Part shown: positions 10,072 to 18,831 of the stretch, piece by piece
Numbering within the stretch: position 1 is the stretch's first letter
Layout of the letters: each line of letters opens with the position of its first letter
DNA from: Candidatus Poribacteria bacterium
GTDB lineage: Bacteria; Poribacteria; WGA-4E; WGA-3G
Assembly (NCBI GenBank): GCA_965205025.1
Contig: CBDBFU010000012.1
Coordinates: 192,001 to 256,000 of the forward strand
Direction of reading: 5' to 3'
Length of the DNA: 64,000 bases
The notes under the pieces: generated by a model
Database searches by the model: none
What the model was told of the DNA's origin: nothing
What the model saw: the letters and a program-made list of their open reading frames with translations, nothing else
Program-made: the position numbers and the translations under genes

Positions 10072-11244
10072 ATGCAAGGATCAAATATCAGAGAACTTTT
10101 TTATATAACACATATTGATAATCTTAGTTCTATTCTGTCACTGGGAGTTTATTCTCATGAGAAAATTGAAGGTGGAGAAGTACACTCGACACCTATTTAT
10201 GATACTAATATAGTTACTCGACGTGGAGAAAAAACAACCCCAAATGGTAGAAATCTATGGTCCTATGCAAATCTTTATTTTCAACCACGTAATGCGATGA
10301 TGTACCGCGTTGTCCATGAAAAAGACTGTGCCAATTTAGCGGTTGTTGGAATTAAGACGAATATATTGACTGAAAATGGTGTATATATCACCGATGGAAA
10401 TGCTGCACATGATTCAACACAATTTTATCTTCCAAATGAAGGGATGGGTGTACTTAACAAACAATGGTCAATAATTCAAAATCAGTGGTGGAATAGAGAT
10501 GACGGATCTAAACGCAAGATTATGGCAGAATGTCTAATTCCAAGTCAGGTCAATCCTGATTATATTCAAGCCGTTTATGTTGCTAACAACTCAACGCGAG
10601 AAAAAGCTCAAAGTATATTAGGTGATTCAAACATTCCAATTAGCACACAGCCAGACATGTTTTTCCAACCTTACAGTCGTACAAAAATTGGTGCAAATAT
10701 TTCCTTAATTGATGGAGATATGTTCTTTTCAAATCTTCAGACACTAACTATTAGCGTTAATCTACAAGGTATTATGGGAAAAGGATTAGCTTCACGCGCG
10801 AAGTATCAATTTCCGGATGTCTATGTTGCCTACCAAGATGCTTGTCGATCAAAAAGAATCACTGCAACAAGACCATTTCTATACAAACGTGAAAGTTCAT
10901 TGGATGATGAATTGGCTGATCTGGAAACACCACTTGTTACATCTAATGCTGTAAAGTGGTTTCTCCTATTTGCAACAAAACGCCGTTGGAGGGACAACTC
11001 ACGGATGGATGATGTTGAAGGGGGGCTTAAATGGGTTCGAGACAATTATCAAAAACAAGGAATTAAATCTCTTGCTTTGCCGGCACTCGGTTGTGGATTA
11101 GGTGGTTTGGATTGGAAGACAGTTGGACCACTGATGTGTAAATTTCTACATGGAATTGATATCTTGGTTGCCATCTATTTGCCCCAAGAATCTAAAATTG
11201 AGGATCAATATAAAACAGAATCACATCTTCTATCATCTAAATAG
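10072..11244 (+). CDS. darT-darG: Fused DarT (DUF4433) DNA ADP-ribosyltransferase + DarG-type macrodomain
   Basis: DarT: FYITHIDNLSSILSLG, YANLYFQPRNAMMY, TDGNAA, KIMAECL. Macrodomain: GDMF, VNLQGIMGKGLA, FATKRRWR, SLALPALGCGLGGLDW. Confidence 0.87.
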   Translation: MQGSNIRELFYITHIDNLSSILSLGVYSHEKIEGGEVHSTPIYDTNIVTRRGEKTTPNGRNLWSYANLYFQPRNAMMYRVVHEKDCANLAVVGIKTNILTENGVYITDGNAAHDSTQFYLPNEGMGVLNKQWSIIQNQWWNRDDGSKRKIMAECLIPSQVNPDYIQAVYVANNSTREKAQSILGDSNIPISTQPDMFFQPYSRTKIGANISLIDGDMFFSNLQTLTISVNLQGIMGKGLASRAKYQFPDVYVAYQDACRSKRITATRPFLYKRESSLDDELADLETPLVTSNAVKWFLLFATKRRWRDNSRMDDVEGGLKWVRDNYQKQGIKSLALPALGCGLGGLDWKTVGPLMCKFLHGIDILVAIYLPQESKIEDQYKTESHLLSSK

Positions 11245-11271
11245 TCAGTATTGTGAATTTTTATAAATTCG

Positions 11272-11351
11272 AAAAAGTGTCTATAAACCCAGTCTGTGAC
11301 AGGTGGAATCGGGTAATATGTAGTGTCACACCGTGTGACAAAAAGTGTAAC
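11272..11351. repeat. Bipartite conserved site, copy 1 (22-nt block + 30-nt spacer + 28-nt palindromic block)
   Basis: aaaaagtgtctataaacccagt-N30-tgtcacaccgtgtgacaaaaagtgtaac. Second copy at 63245-63324. Confidence 0.8.
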
Positions 11352-11462
11352 ATTTTACGCTTTTGTGTGAATTATAAAATATGAACAACATTCAAACAAC
11401 TTACAGACTGTTAGAACGACCTATTCATTGAAATCCAGAACGAATTAAAGGTATAATCTATA

Positions 11463-11497
11463 AACAACTGATAACTTTAAACTTACTGCTAATCACT
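11463..11497 (+). repeat. Heptamer tandem array
   Basis: aacaact gataact ttaaact tactgct aatcact, upstream of the start at 11517. Confidence 0.6.
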
Positions 11498-11516
11498 AAC
11501 AGGTATAATACCGGAG

Positions 11517-14500
11517 GTGTTTATGAACCAAACACATTCAAAAGAAAACAATATCAACCTACCTCCACGAATGAAATCTGCCCTTAACCAATACAAGAAA
11601 AGGGTATGGATAATTAAACTCGCAGAGGGAACTTTAGCTGCTCTCTTCGGGCTCATCATATCATATCTCGTTGTTTTTGGATTAGATCGACTCTTTGATA
11701 CACATGCACTCCTACGCGGACTCATCCTGATTGTTGGGATGATTGGAATGGTTGTATTTTTACCATTAAAATATTACAACTGGGTTTGGAAAAACCGCCA
11801 TCTTGAAGGTATCGCACGATTATTGCAGCGAAAATATCCACGATTTGGTGACCATGTACTGGGTATCATTGAACTCGCATCAAATAGATCAGATAAATAC
11901 TCCAGTCCCGCATTAATATCTGCTGCTATGCAGCAGGTTGACGAAGAGGTTGCAAAACATAATCTGGCAGAGGCTGTTCCAATGCCACGCCACAGACGAT
12001 GGGCATTAGCCGTAGGTATCCCATTAATAATCATCATTATCGGTATACTAATTATTCCTGCACCAAGTCGCAATGCTTTAGCGCGATGGTTAACACCATG
12101 GCGAAAGGTCGAACGTTATACTTTCGCACAATTGGATGGAGAGACAAACAAACGTGTTGTTGCCTATGCGGAACCTTTCAATGTGAATGCACAGTTAAAA
12201 GAGAACTCACCTTGGAAACCTGAATCAGGACAAGCACAATATGCAGACCAAAATCCTGTAGTTGCAGAGCGGGACGAGTCAAGCTATAAGTTTGAATTAC
12301 CACCACAGACAGAAGATGGAAAACTAAATCTCCGCATAGGGGATGCAAGACGTGCCATACCTATCGAACCTAAATTACGTCCAGCCCTAAAAGAATTGAT
12401 TGCTAAAGTACAACTTCCTGAATACTTACAACGTCCTGAACCAGAAACAGTTGATATTCGTGGGGGAATAATTAACATCGTAAAAGGCAGTAGTGCAACC
12501 TTAGAAGCAACAATTACACGTGAACTATCCGAAGCAACATTAAATAATCGTCCGCAAAAGGTTGATGGAACACGCATAATTACTGAACCAATATCCAATG
12601 ATACCACTACTGAAATACAACTTGCATGGAAAGATAATTATGGACTTACAGCATCAGCGCCTCAAATACTTCAATTTGAGGTTAAAGAAGATGATACACC
12701 ATCAGTTACATTAGGTAAACTTAAGAATAATCAAGTTGTTCTTTCTACTGAAGTACTCACATTTGAAATTCAAGCTGATGATGACTACGGTGTAAAAAAG
12801 GTCGGTTTGGAATGGAAAGGTATTGAGAGTCCAATCCAAAATCCTGAACCTGACGAAGGAGAGAAAACCGTTTCGGCGGGTTCACCTACATCAGAATCTC
12901 TAATCGTTCCTGCCACCTTTTCTATTGAGCGAGAAAAAATACGTCCTCAAAGTTTTCGTCTAAGAGCGTATGCTGAAGACTATTTTCCAAATAGAGAACG
13001 AACATATTCTCCACAGATTGTACTCCACGTTCTCGGTCCGACAGAGCATTTTAAATGGGTCATCGGTCAGATGCAACTCTGGGCAAGTGCTGCAAAAGAT
13101 GTACACGATAGAGAATTACAACTACATCAAAAAAATCTTGAATTACGTGACATGACACCTCAGCAATTGGATACACCAGCACAACGTAAAGTTTTGCAAA
13201 ATCAGGCAGCCGCAGAACGAACAAATGCTGCAAAACTTGATAGTCTAATAGGCTCCGGTGTTGAACTTCTTCAAGAAGCTACAAAAAATGATGAATTTGA
13301 TCCCGATCAACTCAACTCATGGGCAGAAATGCTCAATAAATTAGAAGAAATCGCTGGTAAGAAAATGCCTTCTGTCGCTGACTTACTCGCACAAGCAGCT
13401 CAAGCACCCGGACAACAGGGCAATCAGAATCCTTCTGAAAGTAGTCAACAAGATCCATCTCAAAATACATCGGCTCAAAACGGTCAGCAATCTCAGGGGA
13501 CTAATAATTCAGAATCACCATCGGATAATGCTATCGCTGATACAAAAAAGTATGGTCCTGATGATATTTTTTCTGCTGAAGATGCTGAAGAATCAGAGGA
13601 GACAGATGATCCTAACAAACCCGGAAATGTTGCCGGTGTAGACCGAAGCAAACCTGCTGCCGGGGAGAGTCCAGGAACTGCACCCCCTAATAATCCTGCT
13701 CCTACTGTGGGAGATGTTGAATCTGGGTTTAATAAACCTGAAAAACCTAATGATGCACCCCCAGGACAAATGGTCGGCGGGTTGGGACTTGCTACCACTA
13801 CTCTCAAAGGAAGCGGTAGAGAAGAACAAGAAAACGAACAAGATGAACAAGATCCATCAGCATCTGATTTTGTTATTCAAGCTGTTGAAATTCAAAAAGA
13901 ATTGTTGGATGCTTTTTCTGAAGTATCTGATGAGATTAAAAGACTGCTCGCGGGATTAGAGAATAGTACATTTGTAAAAAGATTGAAAGCTGCTTCAAGA
14001 AAACAGATTGATGTCGCAGTTGACCTAAACAAAATGGATGCCTTCGGTCTTGCAAATAGAGCATCAAACAATCAGGAACAACGTAAACGAATTGCATATA
14101 TAGAGGATACCGAAGCAAAGACTGTGAATACTATTATACAAGATATGGCAGCCTATGTTGATCGAAGACCAAATGAAGCTTATTTGCGTGTACTCAAAGA
14201 AATGGAAGATGCTACCGTCGCTACTGAAATGAAGGCTATTATTACTGCAATCAATAGAAATATGGTCGGTGTTTCTACAATTGAAGCTGAATATTGGGCG
14301 GATACATTCGACAGATGGGCTGAACAACTCGTCGGACCGATGCCACCCCCATCAGGTGAAGGAGGTTATATGGAATTACCTAACTTACCTCCAGAAATTA
14401 TACTAAGGGTATTGCGCGTCATTGACCGTGAAATGCAATTGCGAGAAGAAACACGCGAAGTTGAACAAGCAAGAAATGCACTTACAGAGGATGAATATTA

Positions 14501-14951
14501 CCTAAGAAGTGAACCATTAAGTGATACACAATACGATCTCGCTGAAGAAACTCTGGAGATAGCAGAAGAGATATTATTGCTACCTGATGCGGATACACCA
14601 TTTATACAGCAACAATATCAAAAAGTAGCAAGGGCTGCTGAGGTGATGGATGAAACTGAGTCTATTCTCGCGACACCAGAAACTGGTCCTAAAGCTATCG
14701 CAGCAATAACTGAAGTTATTGAGATATTACTGGAAACAAGACGTACACCCAATACTCCGCCTATTACAAATGCTCCACCTGCAACAGCAGCAGCAATAAT
14801 GTTAATGGGGGCTGGGGATGGTGATGATTCTGGACAAGCATTCATAGAGAAACGAGCACCTCAACAAACTATAGGTAGAGCAGGTCGTGTCTTACCTGAA
14901 GAATACCGACAAGGTTTAGATGTATATTTCAATATCTTAGAGGGAAATTAA
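11517..14951 (+). CDS. Large membrane-anchored coiled-coil protein (DUF4175-like, MoxR cluster)
   Basis: Three N-terminal TMs, ADDDYGV motif, long helical regions, Q/N/S-rich linker, C-terminal LPEEYR..L..YF. Confidence 0.72.
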   Translation: MFMNQTHSKENNINLPPRMKSALNQYKKRVWIIKLAEGTLAALFGLIISYLVVFGLDRLFDTHALLRGLILIVGMIGMVVFLPLKYYNWVWKNRHLEGIARLLQRKYPRFGDHVLGIIELASNRSDKYSSPALISAAMQQVDEEVAKHNLAEAVPMPRHRRWALAVGIPLIIIIIGILIIPAPSRNALARWLTPWRKVERYTFAQLDGETNKRVVAYAEPFNVNAQLKENSPWKPESGQAQYADQNPVVAERDESSYKFELPPQTEDGKLNLRIGDARRAIPIEPKLRPALKELIAKVQLPEYLQRPEPETVDIRGGIINIVKGSSATLEATITRELSEATLNNRPQKVDGTRIITEPISNDTTTEIQLAWKDNYGLTASAPQILQFEVKEDDTPSVTLGKLKNNQVVLSTEVLTFEIQADDDYGVKKVGLEWKGIESPIQNPEPDEGEKTVSAGSPTSESLIVPATFSIEREKIRPQSFRLRAYAEDYFPNRERTYSPQIVLHVLGPTEHFKWVIGQMQLWASAAKDVHDRELQLHQKNLELRDMTPQQLDTPAQRKVLQNQAAAERTNAAKLDSLIGSGVELLQEATKNDEFDPDQLNSWAEMLNKLEEIAGKKMPSVADLLAQAAQAPGQQGNQNPSESSQQDPSQNTSAQNGQQSQGTNNSESPSDNAIADTKKYGPDDIFSAEDAEESEETDDPNKPGNVAGVDRSKPAAGESPGTAPPNNPAPTVGDVESGFNKPEKPNDAPPGQMVGGLGLATTTLKGSGREEQENEQDEQDPSASDFVIQAVEIQKELLDAFSEVSDEIKRLLAGLENSTFVKRLKAASRKQIDVAVDLNKMDAFGLANRASNNQEQRKRIAYIEDTEAKTVNTIIQDMAAYVDRRPNEAYLRVLKEMEDATVATEMKAIITAINRNMVGVSTIEAEYWADTFDRWAEQLVGPMPPPSGEGGYMELPNLPPEIILRVLRVIDREMQLREETREVEQARNALTEDEYYLRSEPLSDTQYDLAEETLEIAEEILLLPDADTPFIQQQYQKVARAAEVMDETESILATPETGPKAIAAITEVIEILLETRRTPNTPPITNAPPATAAAIMLMGAGDGDDSGQAFIEKRAPQQTIGRAGRVLPEEYRQGLDVYFNILEGN

Positions 14952-14971
14952 ATCACCTATCAGAAACATCT

Positions 14972-15940
14972 ATGGAAAAACAGAAGAATGCTATTCCTTT
15001 TGAGATGTTTGCCAGTTTCAAAAGAATTGAGAATGGAAATCCGATTATTGCATTATCACCTCCATTATGGGCAGCAGCAACACACGCCATCGTTGTTGAT
15101 GATACGGTTCATTATATCTGGTGTAAACGTGAAATACCTATTTCCATTGATACTGGAAAAAGACAGGTCCGTTGGGTAATGATGCACGCAACGGCACCAA
15201 CAGATGATCTTACAAATATCACACAGGATGCTCGAAACCCTATACTTGAACCAACAATAAACGAATTCGATAACGCTTCTGTCGAATATCCCTTCCCATT
15301 CTTAAATCCTGCTGATGGGAAGTATTACATGTATTACCGGGGATCAGGGAAAACAACTCCTGAGCAAACGGGTTTACTTGTAAGTGATGGGGATCTTGGA
15401 AAATGGGAACGTGTCAAATCAACACCTGTCATTCCAGCTGATACAGAACACGAACAATTTGGATCTACGCACCCTTCCGTGGCAATTGATGGTGATACGA
15501 TTCATATAATATATACAGGAAAGGCAACAAAGTCATTCGGTGAAGGATTGACGATGTGTCATGCAACCGCTCCAATAAATGATCCATCAGCAGTGACAAA
15601 AAACCCAAATAATCCAGTTTTTACTGGCAGCGGGGAAGAATGGGATTCAAAAGCAGTACGTGAAACAGAATTATACAAAGGTCCAAACTATTATCATATA
15701 CTCTATGGTGGATTTGACGGAGATGTCTGGCGTATAGGTCATGTTCGTACCCGTGATTTTCACGAATTTGAACCAAATCCCTATAACCCGGTGTTTACAC
15801 CATCCGAAAATCCTGAACACTTCGATTGTGATGGTGTTCTAACAGGGCAGATCATAAAAATAGATCAGACTTACTATATGTTATACGCAGGTAAAAAGGG
15901 ACAAGAATGGCAAACAGGACTCGCAACTATCTCTGTATGA
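14972..15940 (+). CDS. Five-bladed beta-propeller glycoside hydrolase-like protein (GH32/43/117/130-like)
   Basis: Repeated NPIL/NPVF..WD/FD blades and YYMYY.G, YHILYGG, YYMLYAG strands. Confidence 0.7.
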   Translation: MEKQKNAIPFEMFASFKRIENGNPIIALSPPLWAAATHAIVVDDTVHYIWCKREIPISIDTGKRQVRWVMMHATAPTDDLTNITQDARNPILEPTINEFDNASVEYPFPFLNPADGKYYMYYRGSGKTTPEQTGLLVSDGDLGKWERVKSTPVIPADTEHEQFGSTHPSVAIDGDTIHIIYTGKATKSFGEGLTMCHATAPINDPSAVTKNPNNPVFTGSGEEWDSKAVRETELYKGPNYYHILYGGFDGDVWRIGHVRTRDFHEFEPNPYNPVFTPSENPEHFDCDGVLTGQIIKIDQTYYMLYAGKKGQEWQTGLATISV

Positions 15941-15950
15941 GGAGAACAAT

Positions 15951-17717
15951 ATGATTCGTAGAAGTTTCCTAATTATTCTGATGATAACTGGAATATGTAC
16001 CTTTGATTTCATTTCCTATGCACAAGACAACATTCCTAAAGGGGCAACCATTACAGTTGAGCTATCTGAAGCAGCAGCAGAACAAATACCCATTGAAGGC
16101 GCCGAGATTAAGCTTATTAGTTCAGACAATAAGGAGTATATAAAGAAATCAGATGCAAATGGTAAATACAAATTTACAGGTATTCCTGCTGGTCGATACA
16201 CTATCAACATCACAAAAAAAGGCTACCGAGACAGATTAATAAAACCCGTGGTACTAAGTGAAGGTGGAGAAGGGTATCAACATATTAAAATGATCAAAGG
16301 GAACATTGTACCGCATCCTATACTGGTTAATGTTAAACCCGATACAAAGAGATTGGAGACTTTAATACAACATATTAGCAAAGAAATTGGGCAATTATAT
16401 GGATTGGATGAAACCACTTTGAATAACCTACAAAAATCTGTTATGGACACTGTAAAAACTAAAATTAATAAAGATGGTAGTCTGCTTAATCAGGCGTATT
16501 CACAAGCATCAGCAGAGGGAAATCTCGGTTTATTAGTCTTGTTATTGGCACATCAGGACCTCAATGCCTCTTTTGCCAATTATCTAACTGAAACACAACT
16601 ACAAAGTTATATCAATTCTACAAAGAAGCGTCGACAACAAGTACGAAAGGCTTTTGCTGATATTTTCACTTTATATTTGGATCAGGTACTTTCATTTTCA
16701 CCGAATCAACGTGAAGACATAACAAAATTGTTATACAAATGGACAGATGGGAAATTATATATTATATCGAATCATATATTTACGGGTTCTTTGACTCAAA
16801 CTATAGTGGATTTTCTGCATGGTAGTACACATGGATCATTCAAGCAAATTATAACTGGAGATCAATATGAGATATGGAAAGAAATAGAAAAGTTAACGAA
16901 GTCTCTAAATGAAATGCTTATCATTGAACGCATTCAATTCGGTAAGAAGGTAGTAGTAAAACAAAAAAAGAGAAAAGTAAGTATAGAAAAGTTAAAAACA
17001 GAAAATCTGATAGAGATGATTCTTCACACACATACAAAACGGGTCCATACAAAACGGGTCAGAACTCTAAACGATTCAGTCGCAAAACGCTTTGCATTGG
17101 TGAATAAAGGAATTGTTGAACAGTACGTTGAAAAACAGAATAGAATTGTAATTAGAAGAACACCATTTATGGTTACTTATGCGGAATTATTTTTCTCAGC
17201 AGTAACCGAGCAAATTCCTCGAAATGTGGCTCTCCAACAACTGAAAGCTCTTCAAAAAGACTATTGGGAAGATTCCTTTTCTAACGATGGAGAAGGTGTA
17301 GCGGTTGTTGAAGATGAAAAGTTTGATGCTATGATTCAGGCTGTTAAGCAAACTCTTTTCAATCAAACCTTATTACAGAATGTATTCAATATAGTCACCG
17401 AACCAATCTATCAACAGACTATCAAAGATACATTATCTGAAGCTGAGTATGAAGAATATAGGAAACGACAGATAGAAATTCAGACAATGCGTCAACGTGC
17501 TGCACAAAATCTTGTGGTTGAATTTCTTGATATGCACATACTTCTTAACCCCATGCAGCGAAGAAAAATAGAGGAAATTGCATCCAAACTAACTATACCC
17601 ATGCTGAACGGAATAGGATTGCAATTTATGTTTCTTGAACTATATCTTAATATCAATCCGGATGATTTGAGTCCCTGGCAGCAGAATACGCTCAAACAAG
17701 GAGTTCTTTTAAAATGA
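15951..17717 (+). CDS. Exported protein with N-terminal carboxypeptidase-regulatory-like (transthyretin-fold) domain
   Basis: Signal peptide and PIEGAEI...SDANGKYKFTGIPAGRYTINITKKGY. ATGA overlap with the next gene. Confidence 0.7.
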   Translation: MIRRSFLIILMITGICTFDFISYAQDNIPKGATITVELSEAAAEQIPIEGAEIKLISSDNKEYIKKSDANGKYKFTGIPAGRYTINITKKGYRDRLIKPVVLSEGGEGYQHIKMIKGNIVPHPILVNVKPDTKRLETLIQHISKEIGQLYGLDETTLNNLQKSVMDTVKTKINKDGSLLNQAYSQASAEGNLGLLVLLLAHQDLNASFANYLTETQLQSYINSTKKRRQQVRKAFADIFTLYLDQVLSFSPNQREDITKLLYKWTDGKLYIISNHIFTGSLTQTIVDFLHGSTHGSFKQIITGDQYEIWKEIEKLTKSLNEMLIIERIQFGKKVVVKQKKRKVSIEKLKTENLIEMILHTHTKRVHTKRVRTLNDSVAKRFALVNKGIVEQYVEKQNRIVIRRTPFMVTYAELFFSAVTEQIPRNVALQQLKALQKDYWEDSFSNDGEGVAVVEDEKFDAMIQAVKQTLFNQTLLQNVFNIVTEPIYQQTIKDTLSEAEYEEYRKRQIEIQTMRQRAAQNLVVEFLDMHILLNPMQRRKIEEIASKLTIPMLNGIGLQFMFLELYLNINPDDLSPWQQNTLKQGVLLK

Positions 17718-18811
17718 TTATAGACAAAGGAAAATACGGATTCACTAATATCCATACATTTTTCACAGGACTACTCAGTTTCCTAATAATATGTATGTTG
17801 CCTATTGAATTCGCAAGAGCACAAGATGCAACACTACGGTTTGGTACAGGAGTGCCACCCGCTGTCAGAAGTATCAATGACAGAAGTTTACGATACTTGG
17901 CAACGACACAATTAGAGGATGGAAGTTGGAGAGCAAGTCAATCCGGGGCTGGAATAATCGGAATATGTGTCATGGCTTTTATGGCAAGTGGCGAAGATCC
18001 AGATTACGGTCCCTATGCAGAAAACATACGCAGATCTTTGCGGAATATCATCTCAAAACAGAATTCAAAGACAGGATATATGCAGGGGTCTGGACACGGG
18101 TCAATGTATCACCACGGATTTGCTACATTAGCTCTTTCCGAAGCTTATGGGGTTGTAAGTGATGATTTGCTTTGGAAGGATAGTAACATTCCTGAGAATC
18201 GAAGAAGAACTATTGGTGAATCTTTAGAACTCGCTGTTCGATGTGTACTAACATCACAAGAGAAAAACCCATGGGGAGCATGGAGATATTCTCCTCAAGC
18301 ACGAGATGCTGATACCACTGTCGCAGGTACAGTTCTTATGGGAGTACTCGGGGCACGAAACGCAGGGATTGAAATACCAAACGAAGCTGTCAACAAAGCT
18401 CTCAACTTCTTCCAGACATGTACAATGCGGGATGGATCTGTATCATATACACCAGGAAGAAGTCATGGCGGTGGTGTCACACGCGCAGCAATTGCCGTAC
18501 TTGTTTATTCTATTGGAAAGAGGAAAGATACTCCTGAGTACAAGTCAACTTCAGAATTTATTGTCCGTAGAAAAGACTATTCTACACAAGGCAGCTATCA
18601 ATTTTACACTTTGTATTATATGGCGCAAGCACTATTTCAATGTGATTTTAAAGCATGGCAGTCTTGGAATCAGCGAACTATTGAAAAACTACAACAGATG
18701 CAACAAGCAGATGGTAGTTTTAATAGTAACCATGGGAAAGCCTATGGTACCGGCATGGCTGTTCTTACCTTAGCCTTAAACTATCGACTACTACCTATTT
18801 ATGAAAGATAA
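17714..18811 (+). CDS. Prenyltransferase/squalene-oxidase repeat (alpha/alpha toroid) protein
   Basis: QLEDGSW, WGAWRY and QQADGSF repeats, MYHHGFATLALSE, C-terminal LPIYER. Confidence 0.85.
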   Translation: MIIDKGKYGFTNIHTFFTGLLSFLIICMLPIEFARAQDATLRFGTGVPPAVRSINDRSLRYLATTQLEDGSWRASQSGAGIIGICVMAFMASGEDPDYGPYAENIRRSLRNIISKQNSKTGYMQGSGHGSMYHHGFATLALSEAYGVVSDDLLWKDSNIPENRRRTIGESLELAVRCVLTSQEKNPWGAWRYSPQARDADTTVAGTVLMGVLGARNAGIEIPNEAVNKALNFFQTCTMRDGSVSYTPGRSHGGGVTRAAIAVLVYSIGKRKDTPEYKSTSEFIVRRKDYSTQGSYQFYTLYYMAQALFQCDFKAWQSWNQRTIEKLQQMQQADGSFNSNHGKAYGTGMAVLTLALNYRLLPIYER

Positions 18812-18831
18812 ATACGAAAATCTTATGTAAT

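Noticed and set aside
11272-11351. CRISPR repeat-spacer-repeat reading of the 30-nt spacer site
   Set aside because: The two flanking blocks differ from each other apart from a short aaaaagtgt stretch, so this is not a direct-repeat array.
17714-18811. Squalene-hopene cyclase
   Set aside because: Too short (365 aa, single domain) and lacks the DXDDTA motif.
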